Below are positions 1 to 8,595 of a stretch of DNA of 64,000 nt, in pieces (position 1 is the stretch's first letter; every line of letters begins with the position of its first letter). The DNA comes from Candidatus Kerfeldbacteria bacterium. Lineage in GTDB: Bacteria > Patescibacteriota > Patescibacteriia > SBBC01. Under the pieces are notes generated by a model that saw only the letters and a list, made by a program, of their open reading frames with translations, was not told the origin of the DNA and did no database searches. A program made the position numbers and the translations under genes. The stretch is from positions 90,583-154,582 of the forward strand of contig JACQPY010000013.1 in NCBI GenBank assembly GCA_016207275.1, written 5' to 3'.

Positions 1-2
1 TT

Positions 3-245
3 TTTTACCACCATGAAGCTCAGCAGGCCGCCGCCGAAGCGGTTAAACAGAAAATCGAAGCCGAAGGCATCTACGATCGACCGCTGGTAACGGAGATCGT
101 GCCTTTTGACCAGTTCTATCCGGCGGAGAACTACCACCAGAACTACTTTGCCAACAACCCGGACCAGCCGTACTGTCAGACGGTCATTAGCCCGAAGGTC
201 GCGAAGTTTCGAAAAAAGTTTATAAGCATCTTGAAGAGTCCCTGA
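3..245 (+). CDS. msrA: Peptide methionine sulfoxide reductase MsrA, C-terminal fragment (N-terminus lies outside the window)
   Basis: Frame-3 translation from the window edge reads ...HHEAQQAAAEAVKQKIEAEGIYDRPLVTEIVPFDQFYPAENYHQNYFANNPDQPYCQTVISPKVAKFRKKFISILKSP*, matching the conserved MsrA C-terminal signature (E-x-YHQ-x-Y...P..YC). It is absent from the ORF track because it has no start codon in the window. Confidence 0.8.
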   Translation, partial: FYHHEAQQAAAEAVKQKIEAEGIYDRPLVTEIVPFDQFYPAENYHQNYFANNPDQPYCQTVISPKVAKFRKKFISILKSP

Positions 246-246
246 A

Positions 247-293
247 CGAAAAAAAGTTCGAGGCTCGTGCTGCATCATGCAAGACGAGCCTCG
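247..293 (-). terminator. Rho-independent terminator (possibly bidirectional) between the convergent msrA and the minus-strand genes
   Basis: A 10-bp perfect stem cgaggctcgt (259-268) / acgagcctcg (284-293) with an internal palindromic loop. On the minus strand the stem is followed directly by TTTTTTT (the A-run at 249-255 on plus). On the plus strand no T-tract follows. Confidence 0.55.
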
Positions 294-481
294 GTGGTGA
301 CGAATGAGCTATCCCTGCGGCCACGACGGCGTCGGCGGCGACGGCGGATCTGGCGGACTCGGCAGATCGGGTCCGCTCGGGCCCGGCGGTCGCTGGGTGC
401 AGCGCGGCATACCTCCCTCCTTTCTTGGTTGCTGATGGTGCTAAAGCTGTAGTTCCTTCGGCTTGATCGTTTGAACTTGAT

Positions 482-1204
482 CTAGCCGAGGTACGCCCTG
501 AGCATGGACTCAGGTGTCCACTTGCCACAGATCTGGGCCGCGTCCGGAGTGGATTTCGGAAGAATCGGCGAAGTCAGCAGCTCGAATGTCACGGTGGTGA
601 TGGGCGGACCAATAGGGAAGATGACCGGCATCTCGAGACGGTTACTCAACTCGAGGACCGGGCGGTTCGTCGTGTTCACACGGACTTCGTTTGAGCAGGC
701 GACCGTCTGACCGCCTTGGCGCGCGGGACAGCTCTTGGTGACGAAGTAACCGACCATGATGCCATAGACGCCGAGCACGACGTCGGTGCACGCGAGGATC
801 TGCTCGTGCGGCTTGACGTAGATGAACTTCGTACTCTCCGGCCAAGGCTTGGTGACAATGCGCTCTTTGGGATAGCGCTCCATCATCTCATCGTACGTCA
901 ATGCGCGGTCGAGCTTCCAGAGCAGCTTGATTTGATCCAGGTTCCCCGGATTGAGCGTGGAGTACTCCTTGCGGAAGCCTCCGGGGTCCTGACGCCAGAA
1001 TACCTCGTGGAGTTGCAGGGCGATGCAGTTGTCCTCCAGGACGTACTTCTCGGGGTAAACCACGATCCACCCCTCACGCATCGCCTTCGTGATCTCCGGT
1101 TTAGCGAGGACGCTGCCGTGCCGCGTCCACTTCCTGGCCTGGCTCATCCACGTATCTGGCTGGGTGGGTGGCTTGCCGATGATGCCGCTGTGCCTGCCGA
1201 TCAT
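482..1204 (-). CDS. Hypothetical protein (240 aa ORF; true start may be the internal Met near 1147)
   Basis: A long ORF on the dominant coding strand with coding-like composition. I recognised no family. It overlaps the upstream 93-aa ORF by about 100 nt in another frame. Confidence 0.5.
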   Translation of the reverse strand: MIGRHSGIIGKPPTQPDTWMSQARKWTRHGSVLAKPEITKAMREGWIVVYPEKYVLEDNCIALQLHEVFWRQDPGGFRKEYSTLNPGNLDQIKLLWKLDRALTYDEMMERYPKERIVTKPWPESTKFIYVKPHEQILACTDVVLGVYGIMVGYFVTKSCPARQGGQTVACSNEVRVNTTNRPVLELSNRLEMPVIFPIGPPITTVTFELLTSPILPKSTPDAAQICGKWTPESMLRAYLG

Positions 1205-1382
1205 GATGATGTTCCCCCACTGAGTTGAAGGTGAAGATGGCGAAAGTATTCTTTGCCATCCAAACGAGGTCGGCCCGCCCGGCCTTGACGAGCCACCACA
1301 TTTCCAGATTCTGGTTAATGCGTTTCAGTGTGATGGCTCGACGATCAAGTCGACTTAGGTTCATCAGCTCGTACCGAGTCAT
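1101..1382 (-). CDS. Hypothetical small protein (93 aa); may be the frameshifted N-terminus of the downstream 240-aa ORF
   Basis: An ORF on the dominant strand. Its 3' 104 nt overlaps ORF 482..1204 in a different frame. No family recognised. Confidence 0.3.
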   Translation of the reverse strand: MTRYELMNLSRLDRRAITLKRINQNLEMWWLVKAGRADLVWMAKNTFAIFTFNSVGEHHHDRQAQRHHRQATHPARYVDEPGQEVDAARQRPR

Positions 1383-1597
1383 CGCGTCCGCCGTTTCTGA
1401 CGAACCTGCCAGAGCTTCGCGAGTTTGGCCCGGGACAGCTCTTTTGCTTCGGCAGCCGAATCCTTCGAGCGCAGATCATCGAGCCGGAACGACTCGTCCA
1501 CGCCTTCGATCTCAGCGCAGACGTCGCAGATCGGCGCACTGCAATAGCATCCGCACTCGCTACACTGGTTGTCCGTTTCTACCGGTCGGTGAGTCAT
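1379..1597 (-). CDS. Small Cys-rich zinc-ribbon protein (72 aa)
   Basis: The motif CSECGCYCSAPICDVC has six Cys arranged as CxxC...CxxC, followed by a basic C-terminal tail (KRRTR). It sits downstream of an AT-rich intergenic region (1598-1762) and has a 4-nt overlap with the next ORF. Confidence 0.45.
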   Translation of the reverse strand: MTHRPVETDNQCSECGCYCSAPICDVCAEIEGVDESFRLDDLRSKDSAAEAKELSRAKLAKLWQVRQKRRTR

Positions 1598-1704
1598 AGC
1601 CGCTCCTTTCGCGGTTGTTCGGTCTTGACCATGTCAATGTGCACGTTGCTTTTGAGCAACAGTGCCAAATGTAGGTTTTCGGAAATCGGAAAAATAGTGA
1701 AAAA

Positions 1705-1739
1705 ATTATGAAAAACAAAAAAGGGCTTGGATAAGCCCT
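1705..1739 (-). terminator. Rho-independent terminator downstream of the GHMP kinase gene
   Basis: Stem agggctt (1722-1728), loop ggat, stem aagccct (1733-1739). On the minus strand it is followed by TTTTTTGTTTTT. It lies 24 nt after the GHMP kinase stop codon (1763). Confidence 0.6.
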
Positions 1740-1762
1740 GATTCAGGCAGCAAACCGCGATT

Positions 1763-3574
1763 TTAAAGCCTTTTTTCCAACAGACCGATGGTTAGGCCGT
1801 TAACTTCAAGTTTTAAGCTGAAGTTTTTTCTCAATCCGCCGCTGATCGTGAGCGGAAGTTTCTTACCGGTTTTTTCTTTAATGATGTGCACCAGCGGCCC
1901 AATGATTTTTCCTTGCATGGTGGTGCGATCGACATAGGTGGACGGCGCAAGTTTTTGGCTGCCGACGCTTTTACCGAGATTCGCCAGCAACACTTGAAGC
2001 ACGGCCGTCGTCACTTTGCGCGAGTGCAGCTGTTTCGAATTTAGCGGCTCGCCGCGAATAAAAATTTTTCGTTCGAGCGGATCAAAGAAAAGGTCATAGT
2101 TTTTTCGTACTTTTTCCAGACGGTCAACGCTTACGGCCTGAGCGGAGACGTTTCCTCGCGACCAGGTTTTAATCAGCGCCGTGCCCGCTGAAATGAGCGG
2201 CGAGGTTTGCCCGGCTGCGAGGTATTGTTCAACCACCAATCCGCGCTCTTCAATCCCGTCGAGCCACGAGGCGTAATCGAGGTTGGTTCGAGTCCCAACT
2301 TTTTCGCGAAGAGTGGACATGATGCTGTCAATTGAGTGCTCGAGGGCGTACCGCGGAATGACGAACAACACGTCGCCGCCGCGGCCCGCGCCGGTAACCT
2401 TGCTGGCTAGAATGGTTTCCTCTTTCGTCGCCGCACGGCTTAAATAATGTCTCGTTAGTTCGACTGAGCGCGACGAAACGTGAAAAATTTCCAAACCGCC
2501 GTTGAAGACATCAATGGCGTGGGCCAGTTCGGAGAGGGCCCGCTCGGTGTAACCCTCGTCGAAAAGCTGTCGAAAGGCGGCTAAGCCCTGGAGCGTGGTC
2601 GCCTCCAAGGCGGACAGGTAGGCCTCCCACAGCGCCTCCGGCTGTTGGCGTGTTCGTTTCGTCAGTACCAGCTGTCCGAGCAGCGATGGCGGGACGTGCT
2701 GGCGGAGCGTGGCCGTAGTTGATTTAAGAACTTGATTGAGGGCATGCTTGACGTCACGGCCAGCTTGGACCGCCAGATCGGTCGTCAGATTGCTGCCGGT
2801 GTAGACCAGGCCGAAGTCGACTGGCCAGCGCTCGTCGAGCGGCAGGTCGAACAGTTCATGGAGACGACCGCCCCAATAGCGGTAGCGGTCGAACACGCCG
2901 AGATCAATGCGTCGGAGGTAGCCTTCGCGCTGCTCAGTGGCGAAGACGATCGGCGACGGCGAGCTGACCATGGCTGTGAACAGGCCGCAACCCGGTGAAA
3001 CCTCGCCTTCGAGGAGCGTTTCCATTTTCCAGGATAGCCGGAGGAGTCGGTCAAAAACCGGATCGGCGGCGAGTTGCACACTCGACCGGCCACCCCAGGC
3101 GGTCAGCGTCTCCGGTCGGAGTTCGTTAGTGCGCAGCAGCAATACCGCGCCGAGAGCAGTGGCCAGCGGCGCCCACGCGCCTAAGCCGCTACCCACCGGC
3201 AGTTCCTGAAGACTATGGATTCGCCAGCCGGGTGTCAGCCGATGATGGCCGCAGAATCCCTCGAGAAAACGCGCTAAGGAGTTGAGTTGCGGCGCGCGAA
3301 ACGTGGAGGTGCGGAATTCACCGTCGCTGGGTATGAAGGAACGTTGCGGCGCGAATGAGACGTGACCGTCGTTGGTCAGCTCCAACCCGACGTAGGCTCG
3401 TAGCGGAAGTTTTTGCCGCACCCCGAGCTCGCCATAACGCGTTACGTTGTCGCCGAACCAAAAGAACGACCGCGGCGCAGAAACGACGATTTCGCATTTC
3501 GAAAAAAACTCCCGGTAAACTTCTGGGAAGTTTTCTTGCAATGCCCCCGAATTCATAGTGATCCGTTGGGACAT
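1763..3574 (-). CDS. GHMP-family kinase-like protein with a ~200-aa C-terminal extension of unknown function
   Basis: GHMP motif 2-like ELPVGSGLGAWAPLATALGAVLL and motif 3-like TGAGRGGDVLFV. At 603 aa it is far longer than ordinary GHMP kinases (300-400 aa). The 3' (C-terminal) part is visibly lower in GC than the rest. Confidence 0.65.
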   Translation of the reverse strand: MSQRITMNSGALQENFPEVYREFFSKCEIVVSAPRSFFWFGDNVTRYGELGVRQKLPLRAYVGLELTNDGHVSFAPQRSFIPSDGEFRTSTFRAPQLNSLARFLEGFCGHHRLTPGWRIHSLQELPVGSGLGAWAPLATALGAVLLLRTNELRPETLTAWGGRSSVQLAADPVFDRLLRLSWKMETLLEGEVSPGCGLFTAMVSSPSPIVFATEQREGYLRRIDLGVFDRYRYWGGRLHELFDLPLDERWPVDFGLVYTGSNLTTDLAVQAGRDVKHALNQVLKSTTATLRQHVPPSLLGQLVLTKRTRQQPEALWEAYLSALEATTLQGLAAFRQLFDEGYTERALSELAHAIDVFNGGLEIFHVSSRSVELTRHYLSRAATKEETILASKVTGAGRGGDVLFVIPRYALEHSIDSIMSTLREKVGTRTNLDYASWLDGIEERGLVVEQYLAAGQTSPLISAGTALIKTWSRGNVSAQAVSVDRLEKVRKNYDLFFDPLERKIFIRGEPLNSKQLHSRKVTTAVLQVLLANLGKSVGSQKLAPSTYVDRTTMQGKIIGPLVHIIKEKTGKKLPLTISGGLRKNFSLKLEVNGLTIGLLEKRL

Positions 3575-3597
3575 AGGTGTATTCAGCTTTGTTCCGA

Positions 3598-3626
3598 AGC
3601 CTACACCACTTGTATCGCCTTGTCAA
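3598..3626 (-). promoter_or_regulatory. Putative sigma-70-type promoter for the GHMP kinase gene: TTGACA-17-TAGGCT
   Basis: On the minus strand: cacTTGACAaggcgatacaagtggtgTAGGCTtcgg. The -35 is perfect, the spacer is 17 nt, and the -10 keeps T1 A2 T6. It lies 24 nt upstream of the ATG at 3574. Confidence 0.35.
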
Positions 3627-3666
3627 GTGCCTCATAGCAGATAAAGTCATGCGCTTAGAGTCAGCA

Positions 3667-4464
3667 TCACGAGCTGGCCGAACTGTAGGCTTTAAGGCCG
3701 CGTTGCCAGGCGACCTTGGCTAGCCAGGCGAAGACCACCACCGGTACGGTAACGCCGAGCAGCACGTTTGGCGTCAGTAGTCCGTTGAGGGCTTGGGCCG
3801 GCACGCTGCCGACGACGGCAAACGGGATGACGTAGGTCAGCAACTGACTCTGCTGCGTGCCCAGGCTGTCAGTTGGGTAGCGGCCGGTTAGAAACAGGTA
3901 CTCGTAGATACGGCCGAGGCCGGTCGACACCAGCGAGTGAAATGAAATTGAAGCGACGATAGTACTCAGGCTAAAGGTGAAGGCCAAGCCCAAGACCACG
4001 GCGTAAGCAAAGACGGCCACGTCAGTCAGGCTGGGGCGCACAATGCCTTGACTGATGAGGTAAACCCACAAGGCCAGGATCGGGGTGCTTGAGATTAAAT
4101 CCATCGTATCAATGATGCGAAAGCCGACGTGCGGCAAGACCGGTACCGGTTTGGTGACAAACCCATCGAACGTGCCTTTTCGAAGGTGATCAGGCAGGTA
4201 GTACGCTAAGTTGCGGTGGAAGGTAATAATGATCAGGGATTCGAACGTCAGGTAGGTGGCGATTAAGGTCAGTACGGCGGGGCGGTCCCAGGAACCGAGA
4301 CGGTCAACGTGCAAAAAAACGGCTTCAAAGAAAATCAAGACAATGGCCATCCGCAACACTTTGCTGATGATCGCCAACCAGAAGCTCTTTCGGTAGGCCA
4401 GCTGCTGCATGAAGCTGAGGCGGAAAAACAGACTGGTCAGTTTGGCGATTCGGTGAAACCTCAT
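3667..4464 (-). CDS. ABC-2 family transporter permease (265 aa)
   Basis: A multi-TM protein. It is a paralogue of the adjacent ORF (same length, ATGA overlap) and shows ABC-2 type membrane protein features. Confidence 0.65.
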   Translation of the reverse strand: MRFHRIAKLTSLFFRLSFMQQLAYRKSFWLAIISKVLRMAIVLIFFEAVFLHVDRLGSWDRPAVLTLIATYLTFESLIIITFHRNLAYYLPDHLRKGTFDGFVTKPVPVLPHVGFRIIDTMDLISSTPILALWVYLISQGIVRPSLTDVAVFAYAVVLGLAFTFSLSTIVASISFHSLVSTGLGRIYEYLFLTGRYPTDSLGTQQSQLLTYVIPFAVVGSVPAQALNGLLTPNVLLGVTVPVVVFAWLAKVAWQRGLKAYSSASS

Positions 4465-5258
4465 ATCCCCTCTCCGGCGTAGGCGCGCAAACCTCGACGC
4501 CAGGTGATCCAGACCGCGCTTCCCAGAACGATAATCCAGGCGACGAGCTGGAGCAGCTCGTTGGTAACGGTCACGGCTGAAAGTTTGCCGAGGTAGAGCT
4601 GCATCGGGATATAGGCAAAAAATTTAAAAGGTAACCACAAAACGACCTGGTAGAGCACGTTCGGGAGCAAGCTAAGTGGAATGATCACGCCAGCCGCCAG
4701 TTCGCCGATGATGCGCAGCAAGAATCGCTCGCCCCACGTTTGCTCGGACCAGAAGGCGAACATGGCAAATAAGCCAAACAGTAGAAAGTGAAGAACTGAA
4801 CCGAGCAAGACGAAGACAATGAACACTACAACTGCGGACAGGCTGGTTGGCGGCAGCAGCAGTTCACGGTAGTAGACGGCGACCAGCAGGAGGCCAGTTC
4901 CGCCGACCGTTAAGGTCAGGAGTTTTCGCGCCTGGTCGCGAACAAACCAAGTGAGCAGCGGGCTGAGCGGTCGAACCAGGATGACCGACAGAAAGCCGCG
5001 GTTGATTTCATCGTTAATTTCATCGCCTTGAGCCGCGATGAAGTAGTAGCTGGCGATGAAGCTGGTACCGATTAAGTAGGTTATTAGTTCGGCGTGCGAA
5101 AAACCGCCAATCGTGTCACGGCCGGCGGCAATCCCCTGCCACAGCCAAATCGTTACCAGCGTAAACAGCACACCGCCGATGACTTCCAGGCCGAGGTTAA
5201 GGCGGTAGGCGAAGTATTCCTGCCAGCTGACGCCGGCGATGTGCCAGTACTTACGCAC
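4461..5258 (-). CDS. ABC-2 family transporter permease (265 aa)
   Basis: Six predicted TM helices and a typical ABC-2 membrane-6-like N-terminus (MRKYWHIAGVSWQEYFAYR...). It forms a tandem pair with 3667..4464. Confidence 0.65.
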   Translation of the reverse strand: MRKYWHIAGVSWQEYFAYRLNLGLEVIGGVLFTLVTIWLWQGIAAGRDTIGGFSHAELITYLIGTSFIASYYFIAAQGDEINDEINRGFLSVILVRPLSPLLTWFVRDQARKLLTLTVGGTGLLLVAVYYRELLLPPTSLSAVVVFIVFVLLGSVLHFLLFGLFAMFAFWSEQTWGERFLLRIIGELAAGVIIPLSLLPNVLYQVVLWLPFKFFAYIPMQLYLGKLSAVTVTNELLQLVAWIIVLGSAVWITWRRGLRAYAGEGI

Positions 5259-5284
5259 CGTGGTAGTATGCCACGCCAGTTCAG

Positions 5285-7081
5285 TCAGGCCAACCCGTGT
5301 TTGCGCTTAACCCGCGCCACAGCGGCGGCTGGCGGGGCGGTGATTCGCCGGCTGATCCCGCGACCAGCGGTCGACGTACTGAACAGGCGGGCCGGTACCC
5401 AAACACCGCGGTGACCGTGTTCGAGCATGGTCAGCCACAGGTCCCAGTCCTGCAAGCGGACGAGCGATTCGTCAAAACCGGGAAAAGCTTCGCGCCGAAT
5501 CAGCGACATCGTGCTGATGTAGTTTGTCTCCTTGAGACGGTCTGCATCGAAGTCAAACAGATCGAACGTTCGCCAGCCGAAACGGAAACTGCAGTAGGCG
5601 TAGGCGGCCTCAGGTTTGAGTGACAAGGTCGTGACCATTCGCTCGATCATCCGAGGGTGAAGCGTCACGTCAGCATCGCAAAAGAGGACCAGCGATCCGC
5701 GACTCTCGCGGAAACCGTGGTTGCGCGCAGCCGCGGCACCGGCATGCGGTTGACTGACGTAGCGGACACTGGGAAATCGTCGGCCGACGACGTCAGGATG
5801 GTCAGCCGAGCCATCATCGACGACCAAAACCTCAAGGTCTTTCCAGGTCTGAACGGCCAAACTGTGGAGCGTCCGCGGCAAGGTGATGGCGCTGTTGTAG
5901 GTCGGAATGACGACGCTGACGGTCGGCGGTTGCGACGGTTTGGTTGGCGGCTGTTCGAGCATGGCCTCGAAAACCTTCACCTGCTGGCGAATGGAGAAGT
6001 GATTGGCGATCAGCTGCCGGCCCTGCTGACCGAGCCGGCGAGCCAGCGCTTGATCAGTCAGCAATCGAGTGATGGCCTGGCTGATGGCTGATGCATCAGC
6101 TTGTTCGTCAAGGGCCAGACCGTTCACCTCGTGACGAATGATGTCATTCACCCCGCCGCTCCGGGTGGCAATAATCGGTACGCCGGCCGATAGGGCCTCA
6201 AGGTAGACGATGCCAAATCCTTCAGCCTCGACGTTGGACGTTACCGGCAGCATGATGAAGGCGTCAGCCAGGCGGTAGGCTAGGATTCGCTGGTCGTTCG
6301 GAATAGCGCCTAGGAATTGAACGACGTCTTGGAGCGAACATTCGCGGACTAACCGTTCGAGTAACGGTCGTTCCGGACCGTCACCGACAATCAGGTACCT
6401 TAGCTCCGGAACGCTGGCCAGAATCGTTGGTAAAGCCCGGATAATTCGAGCGTGCCCTTTTCGTTTAATCAGTCGACCAACGGTCAACAGAATCTTTTTT
6501 CCATCGAGGCCGAGTCGCTGTCGGAACTGATTAACGTCGGTTGAGGGTGTGGTCGGCGGTTGATTAACGCCGGGAAAGCTGACCACCACTTTGCCCGATG
6601 GTACGCCGAAGTTAGTCACCAGCCGGGCAGTGAAGGTGCTGTTCGTTACTACCCACTCGGCGCCTCGCAGCGCCAATCGAAGCAGCACCCGTCGAACGAT
6701 GGTCGTGCGGTAGGCGTAAAAGTCTAAACCAAAAATGCCGACGACGTACGGCCGACCCAGGAGCCAACGAGCGACCATCCCTAAACCGACTGAACCGGCG
6801 TAGTGGCCGAAGACCAGCCGGGTAATCCGATGGCGTTGGATAACTCGAATGAGCCAGGGCAGGTGGGCTAACCAGGTCGGCGTGAGCCAACCGCGGTGGA
6901 GGTCGCGCCGGATAACGATGGCCGGTACGGTGCGGTCAAAATCTTCATCGCCCGGCGACGGTGGGGCGACCACGATCAGCTGTTCGCCCGGTAGACCGCG
7001 TACCAGTTGTTCGAGGTACTGCTCCACCCCCCCGATCGGCGGCGGAAAGAGGTGGGTGATGACGAGGGTGCGGTGGATCAC
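5285..7081 (-). CDS. Bifunctional glycosyltransferase: GT4 (group 1) N-terminal domain fused to a GT2 (family 2) C-terminal domain
   Basis: The N-terminal half carries the GT4 EX7E region (EGFGIVYLEALSAGVPIIATRSGGVNDII). The C-terminal half has the GT2 signature VSVVIPTYNSAITLPRTLHSLAVQTWKDLEVLVVDDGSAD. Confidence 0.8.
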   Translation of the reverse strand: MIHRTLVITHLFPPPIGGVEQYLEQLVRGLPGEQLIVVAPPSPGDEDFDRTVPAIVIRRDLHRGWLTPTWLAHLPWLIRVIQRHRITRLVFGHYAGSVGLGMVARWLLGRPYVVGIFGLDFYAYRTTIVRRVLLRLALRGAEWVVTNSTFTARLVTNFGVPSGKVVVSFPGVNQPPTTPSTDVNQFRQRLGLDGKKILLTVGRLIKRKGHARIIRALPTILASVPELRYLIVGDGPERPLLERLVRECSLQDVVQFLGAIPNDQRILAYRLADAFIMLPVTSNVEAEGFGIVYLEALSAGVPIIATRSGGVNDIIRHEVNGLALDEQADASAISQAITRLLTDQALARRLGQQGRQLIANHFSIRQQVKVFEAMLEQPPTKPSQPPTVSVVIPTYNSAITLPRTLHSLAVQTWKDLEVLVVDDGSADHPDVVGRRFPSVRYVSQPHAGAAAARNHGFRESRGSLVLFCDADVTLHPRMIERMVTTLSLKPEAAYAYCSFRFGWRTFDLFDFDADRLKETNYISTMSLIRREAFPGFDESLVRLQDWDLWLTMLEHGHRGVWVPARLFSTSTAGRGISRRITAPPAAAVARVKRKHGLA

Positions 7082-8547
7082 GTACCCCGTCGAGTTACCA
7101 CCCGAAGCGCCAGCGCGAGATCAGTCAGGCGCAAGGTACCGAACAAGAAGAGGGTGGCGATATACAGGCCGACCGCCGGGATGATCAGAAAGTACGGCGA
7201 GAAAATTTCCTGTAGAAATATGAGCGGCAGACCCATGATCGCGGCGGCGGCCACAGTTTGGACGAAGATGGTCAGCAGCGTCCGCAGCTTAAACGGCGCC
7301 ACGCGCCAGACTTGAATCAGGCCGAGCGAAAGCAGCAGGACGTAACTGACCAGGATAGCAATGGCCGCACCATTCGCTCCGAGCTTCGGTTGCAACACCA
7401 GGTTGAGACCGATGTTGATCGTTACCGCCACGCCGAGATTGACCGTGTTCCAGATTTGACGGTTGGTGGCAATCAGGAAACTGCCGACCGGAAAGTTCAA
7501 GAAAATGAAGGGTAGGGCGAGGATCATAATCCGCAACGGCTCGACCGCGCCGAGGTAGACACGGTTGAAAAGCTTGGTGATGAAAGGCTCAGCCAGGATG
7601 AAGACGCCGACGACGATCGGAATACTGAAAATAATCAGGTAACGTAGGGCTCGTTCAAACACCTGGGTCAGATGTTCGCGGGCGTGGACAAAGTAGTAGC
7701 TCATCGCCGGCAGTAAACTGGCGGCAAATGCCGCTGGCACGAACTCCAGGGCAAAAGGAATTTTGTGGGCGGCCCGGTAGATGCCGACTGCCGTTTGACC
7801 GGCGCTGCCGAGTAAGAAGTAGAGATCGGCGTACGTGAATAACTTAGCCAACAACGCCGCGCCGAGAATGGGCAGGGCAATAATCATAAACCGGCGAATG
7901 ACAGCGCCATCCCAGCTTAATTTAGGAAAGGCCCCAAGTTTACGGCGAAACATTGTTAGCATGTAGCTGAAGTTGACGATACTGCCGCCTAAAATCGCCA
8001 CCATTAGGCCGTACAAGCCAAAGCCAAGCGTTAGGCCGATGATGCCGAGAACGGCAGTGGTCAGCTGCGTGGCGACAATGCCAAATGCTTCGTAACGGAA
8101 AATTTGGACACCGCGCAAACCCGCCGTCAGCGTCATCGTGAACATGTCAAAGGCGACGACGCAACCGGCTAAAAACAGTAAGGTTCGGGTGACCTGCGAA
8201 AACGGAAAAAAAGCATTGATCGCTAAGCCGGCCAACAAGGCGACGATCGCGAGCAGTATTTTGACGGACATGACGTTGTTGACGTATGATATCACCCGCT
8301 CCGGAGCCTTGGCCACCTCACGGGTCAAAACAACCGAGAACGAAAAATCGATGAGGATGAGGGCGATGGGAATAGCCGTTCGAATCGGTTCGAAGTGGCC
8401 AAAATCTTTGGGGCCGATTGTCCGGACGAAGTAGACAAAATAGCCCAACGAGACCAGCTTCTGGATAACCGTGGCGGCCAATAAGTACGATGTATTGGAG
8501 AGGATTCGTGCCTGCCCGTGGGCGAGTTCTTCAGCTGATCGCGCCAT
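7078..8547 (-). CDS. Polysaccharide biosynthesis protein / Wzx-like oligosaccharide flippase (MOP superfamily)
   Basis: 489 aa with about 12-14 TM helices. The N-terminus ILSNTSYLLAATVIQKLVSLGYFVYFVRTIGPKDFG is typical of Wzx/PF01943. It overlaps the glycosyltransferase gene by 4 nt. Confidence 0.8.
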   Translation of the reverse strand: MARSAEELAHGQARILSNTSYLLAATVIQKLVSLGYFVYFVRTIGPKDFGHFEPIRTAIPIALILIDFSFSVVLTREVAKAPERVISYVNNVMSVKILLAIVALLAGLAINAFFPFSQVTRTLLFLAGCVVAFDMFTMTLTAGLRGVQIFRYEAFGIVATQLTTAVLGIIGLTLGFGLYGLMVAILGGSIVNFSYMLTMFRRKLGAFPKLSWDGAVIRRFMIIALPILGAALLAKLFTYADLYFLLGSAGQTAVGIYRAAHKIPFALEFVPAAFAASLLPAMSYYFVHAREHLTQVFERALRYLIIFSIPIVVGVFILAEPFITKLFNRVYLGAVEPLRIMILALPFIFLNFPVGSFLIATNRQIWNTVNLGVAVTINIGLNLVLQPKLGANGAAIAILVSYVLLLSLGLIQVWRVAPFKLRTLLTIFVQTVAAAAIMGLPLIFLQEIFSPYFLIIPAVGLYIATLFLFGTLRLTDLALALRVVTRRGT

Positions 8548-8555
8548 GAACCTTT

Positions 8556-8590
8556 AGTATACCACGTGACGCTCGATCGATCAGGACCGC
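8556..8590 (-). promoter_or_regulatory. Extended -10 promoter (TGgTATACT) for the Wzx/glycosyltransferase/ABC-2 operon; the resulting transcript is near-leaderless
   Basis: On the minus strand: gtcacgTGgTATACTaaaggttcATG. The -10 hexamer ends 8 nt before the Wzx ATG (8547). Confidence 0.4.
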
Positions 8591-8595
8591 GGGTT

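Noticed and set aside
316-400. Periodic GC-rich stretch (gacggcg tcggcggc gacggcg gatctggcgg actcggc...) considered as a possible CRISPR or tandem repeat.
   Set aside because: - The units are short (7-8 nt), imperfect, and not separated by unique spacers.
- No cas genes are present.
- It is most likely low-complexity 3'-UTR or spacer DNA.
220-528. 102-aa ORF on the minus strand spanning the msrA terminator hairpin and the GC-rich spacer.
   Set aside because: - It crosses a clear terminator stem-loop.
- It has Ala/Arg/Ser-rich composition typical of out-of-frame translation of GC-rich DNA.
- It overlaps the msrA 3' end.
716-1228. 170-aa plus-strand ORF antisense to the 240-aa minus-strand gene. 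Similar antisense ORFs occur at 2732-2998, 14572-15048, 25570-26031, 41027-41233, 54984-55286 and 57303-57917, among others.
   Set aside because: - In about 60% GC DNA, long stop-free antisense frames are expected by chance.
- Every one of them is fully embedded in a well-supported gene on the other strand.
- None has a recognisable family.
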